A stretch of 38,544 nt of DNA, taken from a virus. Taxonomy: Duplodnaviria; Heunggongvirae; Uroviricota; Caudoviricetes. Below are positions 27,813 to 35,507 of the stretch, piece by piece. The stretch's first letter is position 1, and each line of letters begins with the position of its first letter. Below the pieces are notes generated by a model. It made no database searches and was not told the DNA's origin. It saw only the letters and a program-made list of their open reading frames with translations. Made by a program: the position numbers and the translations under genes. The stretch is from the IMG/VR virus record IMGVR_UViG_3300017917_001353, positions 1 to 38,544 of that record; one strand, written 5' to 3'.

Positions 27813-28783
27813 TGAAAGACTTAAAGATTTTAATCACAGGGGGCTCTGGACTAGTAGGACAGAACCTAACAAACCGTTTAGTAGACGACGGTTACAGTAA
27901 CATTAGAGTACATATTCACACACGCCAGCCTAGAATTAAGCATGACATCGTTGAATATGTAACAGGAGATCTAACAACCTATAAGGATTGTTTAGCAGTT
28001 ACTAAGGATGTTGATATTGTAATTCATGCTGCCGCTAGTACCAGTAACGCAGTTGATACAGTACAAGATCCGTTAGCACATGTTACACCTAACGTTGCTA
28101 TGAACAACTTTCTAATCGACAGTGCTTACCGTAACAAGGTTAAGAAGTATATCTTCATTAGTAGCAATACAGTCTATCCTCCTAAGGGCGACGAACCGGT
28201 TGTAGAAACAGACTTCCTATTCGATGAGCCTTATCCTGTATATTTTCCTGTAGGATGGATGAAGCGTTATGCAGAAGTACAGTGTGAACTATATGCTAAG
28301 TATCTGCCTAATCCTATGACCACAGTGGTTATTCGTCCTGCTAACTTATACGGACCTCATGACAAATATGACTTTGCTAAGTGTCACGTGACTCCTGCAA
28401 CTATCCGTAAAGTTGCAGACAACATGAATCCTATCCCCGTATGGGGTGACGGTACTGAACTACGTGATCTATTGTACATCGATGACTTTGTTGAAGCACT
28501 TCAACTAGTGATCGAAAAGCAGGACTCTTACGATGTTTACAATATTGGAAGTAATGTTGTTTACTCAGTTAACGATGTATTGTTTACTATGAAACAACTT
28601 GTTGATAATAACAATCCTATTGAATATGTAAAAGGTAAGCCTAGCATGATTCCAACTAGAAGGATTGATTCTAACAAGATTAAAAACAATCTAGGTTGGA
28701 GTGCCAAAACGCCATTGCACGTAGGTCTACAAAAAGCACACGATTGGTACTTGGCAAACAAGGACGAATTTAATAAAGGCTAA
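27812..28783 (+). CDS. GDP-fucose-synthase-like extended SDR with non-canonical active site
   Basis: ITGGSGLVG, ISSNTVYP, YFPVGWMKRYAE, RPANLYGPHDKY, CHVTP, VWGDGTELRDLLYIDD. Confidence 0.85.
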   Translation: MKDLKILITGGSGLVGQNLTNRLVDDGYSNIRVHIHTRQPRIKHDIVEYVTGDLTTYKDCLAVTKDVDIVIHAAASTSNAVDTVQDPLAHVTPNVAMNNFLIDSAYRNKVKKYIFISSNTVYPPKGDEPVVETDFLFDEPYPVYFPVGWMKRYAEVQCELYAKYLPNPMTTVVIRPANLYGPHDKYDFAKCHVTPATIRKVADNMNPIPVWGDGTELRDLLYIDDFVEALQLVIEKQDSYDVYNIGSNVVYSVNDVLFTMKQLVDNNNPIEYVKGKPSMIPTRRIDSNKIKNNLGWSAKTPLHVGLQKAHDWYLANKDEFNKG

Positions 28784-28785
28784 AG

Positions 28786-29718
28786 ATGAATAAGGTTTTG
28801 ATTACAGGTGGCGCAGGCTATTTAGGATCTGTGTTAACAGGATTCCTGCTAAACTCTTTCGAAGTTACAGTATATGATAACCTAATGTACAAGCAGACTT
28901 CTCTACTGCATGTGTTCAGAGCGGGCTTTAAATTTATTAAGGGCGATGTTAGAGACAAAGAAAGATTGCAGGCTCTAGTAAAAGAGCATGACATTATCAT
29001 TCCTCTAGCAGCAATAGTAGGAATGCCTGCCTGTAAGGATAATCCGCAGTTAGCCGTTGATGTTAACTATCAGCACATTGTTGATATTGTTGATGTACTG
29101 CGACCTGATCAAAAACTTATCATTCCTAATACTAACAGTCAGTACGGATCTAGTGATCAAATCATAACAGAAGAAAGCCCGTTCAATCCTCTAAGCCTGT
29201 ACGCTAAAACTAAGTGCGATGCAGAAGACTACGTTCTTAAAAATGGTAACGGTGTTGTCTTGAGACTAGCAACAGTGTTTGGTGTAAGTCCTAGAATGCG
29301 ACAGGATCTATTAGTTAATGACTTTGTCTATAAGGCAATGACAGACGGATACCTTGTACTGTTTGAGCCACATTTCAAACGTAACTATATTCACATCGGT
29401 GATATTGCTCGAGTATTTGGACACATGATACAGGAATACAATACTTGTCGTGGGCAGGTATTTAACGTGGGACTGAGTAATGCGAATCTATCCAAATTAG
29501 AGCTTGCTGAGAAAATTAAAGAGTACATACCAAACTTGGTAATCAAGACTGACGATTATAAGCAGGACTTCGACAAACGTAACTACATTGTTTCTAACGA
29601 AAAAATAGAAAGCAAAGGGTTCAAACCGATGTTTAGCCTTGACTACGGTATCAAACAGTTGATCAACGCTTATCCGTTGATAATAACTAACAACAACAGG
29701 AGTTTTACAAACCTATGA
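28786..29718 (+). CDS. NAD-dependent NDP-sugar epimerase/dehydratase (canonical YxxxK)
   Basis: ITGGAGYLG, LAAIVG, SLYAKTK, RLATVFGVSPRMR, RNYIHIGD. Confidence 0.88.
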   Translation: MNKVLITGGAGYLGSVLTGFLLNSFEVTVYDNLMYKQTSLLHVFRAGFKFIKGDVRDKERLQALVKEHDIIIPLAAIVGMPACKDNPQLAVDVNYQHIVDIVDVLRPDQKLIIPNTNSQYGSSDQIITEESPFNPLSLYAKTKCDAEDYVLKNGNGVVLRLATVFGVSPRMRQDLLVNDFVYKAMTDGYLVLFEPHFKRNYIHIGDIARVFGHMIQEYNTCRGQVFNVGLSNANLSKLELAEKIKEYIPNLVIKTDDYKQDFDKRNYIVSNEKIESKGFKPMFSLDYGIKQLINAYPLIITNNNRSFTNL

Positions 29719-30149
29719 GCGAACGAAGATATCAGCACACACTAGGCGATCTTATTGATCGTTTAAGTATTGTGCAATTAAAAGAAGTGTTTATCCCTGA
29801 ACACAAAGCAGAATATAGTCAAGAAATTGCAGACATTGTACATGACATACAGGTCATACTAAACGATACGAATGCAAAAATTACAGCAGAAACTATTCGT
29901 GCTATTGTAGTTGTTAGTCAAATGAATTTACATATTTGGCACAACGAATCCGCTTATCGTCGAGGTATGAAGGAAGGTGACCTAGCGTTAACACATGGCC
30001 TCAACGGAATTCGAAATACAGGAAAGAACAAGATTCAAGAAATTGTCGGAGGCCGATTAGATTACAAAGTTGATTGCCTAGCAGCGGATTTTAAGGACTG
30101 GGAAATTAGTTGGACTAACAAAGATGAAGATAAGAGCGGACAAACCTAA
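29715..30149 (+). CDS. small helical protein, DUF4254/DUF6165-like
   Basis: N-terminal TLGDLIDRLSIVQLK, then a LHIWHNE..R..N..RN..K..I pattern (recognition only). Confidence 0.55.
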   Translation: MSERRYQHTLGDLIDRLSIVQLKEVFIPEHKAEYSQEIADIVHDIQVILNDTNAKITAETIRAIVVVSQMNLHIWHNESAYRRGMKEGDLALTHGLNGIRNTGKNKIQEIVGGRLDYKVDCLAADFKDWEISWTNKDEDKSGQT

Positions 30150-31026
30150 GACTAAGGCAATGGTGTTTGCTGGTTGTAGTTTTACTTGGGGACAAGGTCT
30201 TTGGTATTACTCTAACATCGATTCTCTCCAAGAGGACGGTAACTATGGTTATAATGCAGCCATGCACGGAGTAGTACATCATGCCTTTAGAGAAAAATGG
30301 CGTTGGCCTACAATAGTAGCCGACCACTTTAATACTGTGCCTATTACACACTATGAGAATGGTGGTGCTAACGATCAGATAGTAGAGTTCTGGAAAGGAT
30401 CATTTAGTCATCCTCGTCCTTACAAAGTGCGTTCATTTAATGAAATAAACAAAACCTGTTTAACAACACCGATACATGAAGGTGAAGTTTCGCATTTTGT
30501 ATTTCAATTTACACAGTGGTGGCGTTCTTACTTTACAATTACAACTAATACAGGCGAAACATTAACTAAGTCGGTGCAGGAACTAAGTCATCCAACTGGA
30601 CCTTTCAAGCAATACTGGGAAGATTGGTTTGAGAATAGATGTGATCTGCAGGGAAATTTTAATAGTCCTAAGATGGGTGTGCTACACGAAACGATCATGA
30701 GACGAGATGTAGAGACTGTGAAGTCGTTCTTACAAACTCTAGAAGGCAAAGGAATAAAGACTTCGATATGGTGTTGGCCTTTTGAATTGATTCAATTCAT
30801 CGAAAGTGATCCCTGGCTTAAAGAACGATTCATTACCTTTGACTATAAAGGAAAGAATTGGAAATGCCTCGAACAGTTATTGGCAGACAATAAACAAGAT
30901 GGACTCACTTTAGAAACTGACACAGAATACTTCGAAGTTCCTCCTGCAGATCAACATCCTAGTCTAAAGTGTCATAGATTAATTGCTGATACTGTTATTA
31001 AACACATAGAAAGACAAAATGGCTAA
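30124..31026 (+). CDS. SGNH-like protein
   Basis: FAGCSFTWGQG, NGGAN, DQHPS. Confidence 0.7.
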   Translation: MKIRADKPKTKAMVFAGCSFTWGQGLWYYSNIDSLQEDGNYGYNAAMHGVVHHAFREKWRWPTIVADHFNTVPITHYENGGANDQIVEFWKGSFSHPRPYKVRSFNEINKTCLTTPIHEGEVSHFVFQFTQWWRSYFTITTNTGETLTKSVQELSHPTGPFKQYWEDWFENRCDLQGNFNSPKMGVLHETIMRRDVETVKSFLQTLEGKGIKTSIWCWPFELIQFIESDPWLKERFITFDYKGKNWKCLEQLLADNKQDGLTLETDTEYFEVPPADQHPSLKCHRLIADTVIKHIERQNG

Positions 31027-31717
31027 TATACTAATTTTAGGTGACACCTGGGGAATAGTTCCCTGCCACTCTTGGTCTCACAACAGAGGCATTACTGAAT
31101 GGTTTGAATACCAGTTCCTTAAGAAAGGACACCCTACGTTTAATAAAGCCTGGGGCGGAAACCAAAACATTTATCAATTAACACAGGCTGAAGTTTTCAT
31201 GAACGCAGTCAAAGGTACGCAGTTTGAAATTGATTTAGTTATCTGGTTCCATACTGAACTAGTTAGAGACCTTATACCCCCTGAGACTAAGTTATTTGAA
31301 ACAATGGATTTTGATTCTGTTATAGACATAACGGCAGAGCGGATGTACAATTATGTGTCTGATCTAAAGAAACAATTTCCTAACACCAAGTGGGCTATCC
31401 TCGGAGGTCATGCACCTTTACGTGCAACTAAGAAACATTTGTTAGATTGGGCAGAGTTTAGGATAGATAACCTACGTGCTAAGATAGCAGGAGTTGATAT
31501 ACCTGAGAGTCAAGCGTTTGAATTCCTAGAGCAGGGCAAGGGGTCTTTATGGGACTGGCCTGCTATATCTAACGAGATTATTGACCGAGAACTAAAAATT
31601 AAAGAGCAGATAATTGCAGCAACAAAGGATACTCAGAAATTCTATAATGGAAAGCACCCAGCAATGTTGCCTTTAAAATCTCTAGCATTTGAAATTATGG
31701 AGCACTTTAATCTATGA
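31019..31717 (+). CDS. SGNH-like protein with Thr at the nucleophile position
   Basis: ILGDTWG (GDS to GDT), WGGNQN, GKHPA. Confidence 0.6.
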   Translation: MANILILGDTWGIVPCHSWSHNRGITEWFEYQFLKKGHPTFNKAWGGNQNIYQLTQAEVFMNAVKGTQFEIDLVIWFHTELVRDLIPPETKLFETMDFDSVIDITAERMYNYVSDLKKQFPNTKWAILGGHAPLRATKKHLLDWAEFRIDNLRAKIAGVDIPESQAFEFLEQGKGSLWDWPAISNEIIDRELKIKEQIIAATKDTQKFYNGKHPAMLPLKSLAFEIMEHFNL

Positions 31718-32589
31718 AAAGCAAACCGGATAGCCGTGTAATCAAAGGCATGGTTTTTGCAGGCTGTAGTTTTACTTGGGGACAAGGGTTATACTACTAC
31801 AGTAACCTGAGCACCCTAGGCGAGCCGTTACCAGACCATTACGATAAAAATTTAGTCAAGCATTCCCACATTAAGTTTAAAGAAAGTGTACGCTATCCTA
31901 GGCTTGTAGCAAATCATTTCAATACCTACGAATTTGTACACCCAGAGAACGGCGGGTCTAATCAGGGAGCAGTACATTGGTGGGAGAATGTTTTTACAAA
32001 CAAAGATCCTAATGCTTGGTACGGTGGCCACACTATTCCAAAGGTAGAATATTCAGATGTGTCGCATGTTGTATTTCAATTAACACAGTGGCAGCGTGAT
32101 AACTTTGAAATGATCTTAGAAGGAGATCCCGAAAAGCACAACATACCGTTCCATTGTACGCATCAAGAACAGTATAGAGATAAGTTCTTTAAATGGCTAG
32201 AAGTGCAGAAACTAAGTTTAGGTACATGGATTCAGCAGTACATTCAGGGCGGACTAGATAATGTAAAGAGGTTCCTGCAGGACTGCGAAGCACACGGCGT
32301 AAAAACTCTATTGTTTACTTGGCCTAGCGAATACCTTCCCTACATTGAAAAGGATCCTTGGCTCAAAGAACGGTTTATTACCTTTGACTATAAGGGTATT
32401 AACTATAAGAGTATTGAAGATCTCATGAGCCCAGGTACCATGCAGAATAAAGGATACAATCCTGAGCTAACCATTAAGTGGGACGAAACAGAGTTTGTCG
32501 AGACTCCAAAGGATCACCACCCTAGTTTAACATGCCATCAAGTAATGGCCGAAAACGTTATTAAAAGAATTGAAAGAGATATGCAATGA
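31714..32589 (+). CDS. SGNH-like protein, paralog of 30124-31026
   Basis: FAGCSFTWGQG, NGGSN, DHHPS. Shares DPWLKERFITFDYKG exactly with 30124-31026. Confidence 0.7.
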   Translation: MKSKPDSRVIKGMVFAGCSFTWGQGLYYYSNLSTLGEPLPDHYDKNLVKHSHIKFKESVRYPRLVANHFNTYEFVHPENGGSNQGAVHWWENVFTNKDPNAWYGGHTIPKVEYSDVSHVVFQLTQWQRDNFEMILEGDPEKHNIPFHCTHQEQYRDKFFKWLEVQKLSLGTWIQQYIQGGLDNVKRFLQDCEAHGVKTLLFTWPSEYLPYIEKDPWLKERFITFDYKGINYKSIEDLMSPGTMQNKGYNPELTIKWDETEFVETPKDHHPSLTCHQVMAENVIKRIERDMQ

Positions 32590-33128
32590 GCGGACCTCAA
32601 CTTAGTCCTTACAAGGATGCACTAACTGAAGCAATGACTTTCTTAGGAGAGCAGGATAATACAGTGTTCATAGGACAGCAGATTGTTTATGCAGGCAATC
32701 CAATGAGTACTACGCTAGGCAACGTATCTAAAGATAAGATGGTAGAACTGCCTGTAATGGAAGAAACACAAATGGGCATGACTCTAGGCATTGCAATGAC
32801 AGGAAAAACTGTTATCACATTCTACCCTCGTTGGGATTTTATTGTGCTGGCTGTTAATCAACTTGTTAACCATATAGACAAGTATGAACTAATGACTGGC
32901 AAACGTGCAAACATCTTAATCCGTTTGGGAAAAGGCAGCGACAAGCCGCTTGATCCCGGACATCAACATAAGGGCAACTACCTTGACGAGTTCAGGTCGA
33001 TGTGCCCTAACATTAAATTTCATGATCTAAAAGATACAGCACATATTCTCAAAACCTACAAGGATGCATATCATACCGGTGGTGTTCATGTTCTTGTAGA
33101 GTATCCAGAACTATACTACGTACAATGA
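32586..33128 (+). CDS. TPP-dependent E1 beta / transketolase pyrimidine-binding domain only (180 aa)
   Basis: VFIGQ, ELPVMEETQMGMTLGIAMTG, AVNQLVN, PGHQH. Lacks the C-terminal transketolase domain. Confidence 0.85.
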   Translation: MSGPQLSPYKDALTEAMTFLGEQDNTVFIGQQIVYAGNPMSTTLGNVSKDKMVELPVMEETQMGMTLGIAMTGKTVITFYPRWDFIVLAVNQLVNHIDKYELMTGKRANILIRLGKGSDKPLDPGHQHKGNYLDEFRSMCPNIKFHDLKDTAHILKTYKDAYHTGGVHVLVEYPELYYVQ

Positions 33129-33694
33129 CCTACTTGTTTGATCTTCCTTTTGAGACCGATGCATTTAGCAGCGGCCAGATAGGTAGCAAACTCTGGCTCT
33201 GCGAAGAAGTAGAGAAACTATTTGATAGGATTGATCAGATTTGGCTCTACGGCGGATGGTACGGTATGACCGCATTCTTACTCCGATCTCGAAATAACAT
33301 CAAGATAGATAAAATACGTAGTTGGGATATTGATCCCGAGTGTGAGCGCAAAGCAGACATGCTTAACGAAAATTGGGTTTGGAGAGAATGGGCCTTTAAA
33401 GCATATACACACGATTGCAATCTTCTACAGCCCGCTCTAATGTGCCCTGACATGATTATAAACACCAGCACAGAGCATTTTAAAAGCATGGAATGGTGGC
33501 ACAACATACCCAAAGGTATGATTGTTGTTCTACAAGGAAACAACATGCTGCACGAAGATCACTGTGTAGATTTCGATTGTCTTGAAACCTTTGAGAAAAC
33601 ATTTCCCCTTAGTCAAACTCTTTACTCTGGCCAACTAGATTTCAAATACGATGTCGGTGGCTTCTCAAGATACATGTTAATTGGTAAAAAATAA
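33125..33694 (+). CDS. class I SAM-dependent methyltransferase-like protein
   Basis: DAFSSGQIGSKLWL, LYGGWYG (motif I-like), SWDIDPEC, INTSTEH. Confidence 0.7.
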   Translation: MTYLFDLPFETDAFSSGQIGSKLWLCEEVEKLFDRIDQIWLYGGWYGMTAFLLRSRNNIKIDKIRSWDIDPECERKADMLNENWVWREWAFKAYTHDCNLLQPALMCPDMIINTSTEHFKSMEWWHNIPKGMIVVLQGNNMLHEDHCVDFDCLETFEKTFPLSQTLYSGQLDFKYDVGGFSRYMLIGKK

Positions 33695-33713
33695 TGTATT
33701 TTTACCAAAAAAC

Positions 33714-33742
33714 TTGACTTTTGTACCTCTTTTCGCTAAACT
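33714..33742 (+). promoter_or_regulatory. sigma70-type promoter with an upstream palindrome
   Basis: TTGACT (33714-33719), 17 bp, TAAACT (33737-33742). Imperfect inverted repeat ttggtaaaaaata-atg-tatttttaccaa at 33681-33708. Confidence 0.65.
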
Positions 33743-33793
33743 TATGGCTTAGTTGAATAACTATTCTTACCGCTAACGAAAAAGGAGGTCTTT

Positions 33794-34372
33794 ATGACTG
33801 AAATTACGCTAGAAAGGAACGATAGTGATGTTGAGGTCAACTCAGTTGCTGTCAAAGCCATTAGTGCATGTTTAATGGCTTTAGGTGTATTCCTAACTGT
33901 TTCTTTACTATTGTGGGCTATCAATTTTAAATTAGATGGTCCTGCTGATGTGGAATCAAGCCACGTTACAGCCAAAGTGAGAGAAAGGCAATTGGCCTGT
34001 CTTGCTAAAAATATCTACTACGAAGCCGGGAACCAACCCTTTGAGGGTAAGGTCGCTGTGGCACAGGTAACTCTGAATAGAACAGAGAGTGGACAGTATC
34101 CTGAAGATATCTGTCAAACTATCTACCAAAAGAACATAGTCTACGAAAAAGTACTATGCCAATTTAGTTGGGTCTGCGATAGGGCACTGCTAACACGCCC
34201 TATGCATAATGCAAATTACAATGAGAGTATGGAAGTAGCCAAAAAAGTTCTGCTAGAAGGGTTTAGACTGCCTAGTCTAAAAGAAGCCATGTACTTTCAC
34301 GGTGACTATATCAATCCGGGCTGGAAACGCGAACGCATCGCTAAAATCGGCAATCACATTTTTTACAAATAA
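33794..34372 (+). CDS. SleB/Hydrolase_2 cell wall hydrolase with N-terminal membrane anchor
   Basis: CLAKNIYYEA..GKVAVAQVTLNR, CQFSWVC, YFHGDYINPGW, IGNHIFY. Hydrophobic segment ISACLMALGVFLTVSLLLWAI. GGAGG SD. Confidence 0.9.
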   Translation: MTEITLERNDSDVEVNSVAVKAISACLMALGVFLTVSLLLWAINFKLDGPADVESSHVTAKVRERQLACLAKNIYYEAGNQPFEGKVAVAQVTLNRTESGQYPEDICQTIYQKNIVYEKVLCQFSWVCDRALLTRPMHNANYNESMEVAKKVLLEGFRLPSLKEAMYFHGDYINPGWKRERIAKIGNHIFYK

Positions 34373-34380
34373 GGAAAATC

Positions 34381-34713
34381 ATGAAACTTTTAGTCAATAT
34401 GTTTAACGTTGTTTCGGTGCCAATTAATCATGTGATTACGTTTGCTAAAACCCATCTCGGGCATGTTAGTGCAAATACGCTAGGCTGGATTACAATTATC
34501 CTATTGCATCTGGCCAGCGTACCTACCCTAGTTGCAGTCTTACTGGCTCAGAACGACAAATTACCATCAATTGATCTTATGATGTTTGTTTGGGCCGCGC
34601 TAACTACGCTGTTCTTCAAAAGTCTTATTGAAAAGAACTATTTGTATATCGCAACTAACTGTATGGGCTTTTTGGCACAGACAGTACTGATGGGGTTCAT
34701 CTTGTTCAAATAA
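34381..34713 (+). CDS. 3-TM membrane protein, SemiSWEET/PQ-loop-like
   Basis: Three hydrophobic helices. The spacing G-x12-P-x14-S-x29-N fits the SemiSWEET pattern. Confidence 0.55.
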   Translation: MKLLVNMFNVVSVPINHVITFAKTHLGHVSANTLGWITIILLHLASVPTLVAVLLAQNDKLPSIDLMMFVWAALTTLFFKSLIEKNYLYIATNCMGFLAQTVLMGFILFK

Positions 34714-34724
34714 TAAATACGTGA

Positions 34725-34973
34725 ATGCGTATACAAGATCTTTTAGAAAAGAAACTCAAAGCGCCCACAGCCAGCCAATGCTCTGTGGGCCATTCTCGCC
34801 TTAGCAATGTTCGTTATTCACAATGCGTTAGTTTAGGTTTGCTTAAACACGACAGCGATCACACCGATGGCACCGGCAAACAAGGCGTTAAGGGTAGTGG
34901 TAAATCCTTAAAAGGACGCAGAGCAAAAAGCGAGATCCATGGCGGCCCTGTAAAAGACTATGACGGAAAATAA
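34725..34973 (+). CDS. small basic protein, probably late
   Basis: ATAAATA at 34713-34719, 5 nt before the ATG. Starts MRIQDLLE. Rich in Lys, Gly and Ser. Confidence 0.7.
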   Translation: MRIQDLLEKKLKAPTASQCSVGHSRLSNVRYSQCVSLGLLKHDSDHTDGTGKQGVKGSGKSLKGRRAKSEIHGGPVKDYDGK

Positions 34974-35115
34974 TCTTTCTTTTGAAAACTATAAAAGGTA
35001 TACAAGAAAGTGCAAATGCGGGTGCGATATGCACTGCGGTCATAGTTGTCTAGAATGTGATTATTGTACAGAATGTGAGTGCGAGTATTGTTTAACTTCT
35101 AACGAAAAGGACTAA
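34960..35115 (+). CDS. 51-aa cysteine-rich, metallothionein-like mini-protein (not in ORF track)
   Basis: MTENNLSFENYKRYTRKCKCGCDMHCGHSCLECDYCTECECEYCLTSNEKD has 10 Cys and 2 His within 27 residues. It fills the gap between 34973 and iscU, ending 2 nt before the iscU ATG. Confidence 0.7.
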   Translation: MTENNLSFENYKRYTRKCKCGCDMHCGHSCLECDYCTECECEYCLTSNEKD

Positions 35116-35117
35116 AC

Positions 35118-35507
35118 ATGGCATACAGTGATAAAGTTGTAGATCATTACGAAAACCCTAGAAATGTTGGCTCTTTTGATAAGAACGACACTGATGTAGG
35201 CACGGGTATGGTCGGAGCCCCCGCTTGCGGAGATGTAATGAAGTTACAGATAAAGGTTGATGAACATGGTATTATTAGAGATGCTCGTTTTAAGACATAT
35301 GGTTGCGGCTCCGCAATCGCCAGCTCGAGCCTGGTCACTGAAATGGTTAAAGGAATGCATCTGGATGATGCTAGTAACATTCGTAATAGCCAGATTGCTG
35401 AAGAACTAGCCCTTCCGCCAGTTAAAATTCATTGCAGTATTTTAGCCGAAGATGCTATCAAGGCCGCAGTAGAAGATTATAAAAAGAAACATGATCTCAC
35501 TAACTGA
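35118..35507 (+). CDS. iscU: Fe-S cluster scaffold IscU
   Basis: YSDKVVDHYENPRNVG, GAPACGDVM, KTYGCGSAIASSS, LPPVKIHCSILAEDAI. Confidence 0.95.
   Translation: MAYSDKVVDHYENPRNVGSFDKNDTDVGTGMVGAPACGDVMKLQIKVDEHGIIRDARFKTYGCGSAIASSSLVTEMVKGMHLDDASNIRNSQIAEELALPPVKIHCSILAEDAIKAAVEDYKKKHDLTN

Noticed and set aside
22826-33128. Auxiliary metabolic pyruvate dehydrogenase or transketolase
   Set aside because: Both subunits are cut down to single domains, E2/E3 are absent, and both sit among NDP-sugar genes.
11051-33694. Bacterial O-antigen/capsule locus, meaning a chromosomal window
   Set aside because: No wzx/wzy/wzm/wzt or membrane initiating transferase is present. The flanks carry a phage-type ATP-dependent ligase, GIY-YIG, HNH, T4-like late boxes and early cassettes. 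iscU lacks its usual iscRS-hscBA-fdx context.
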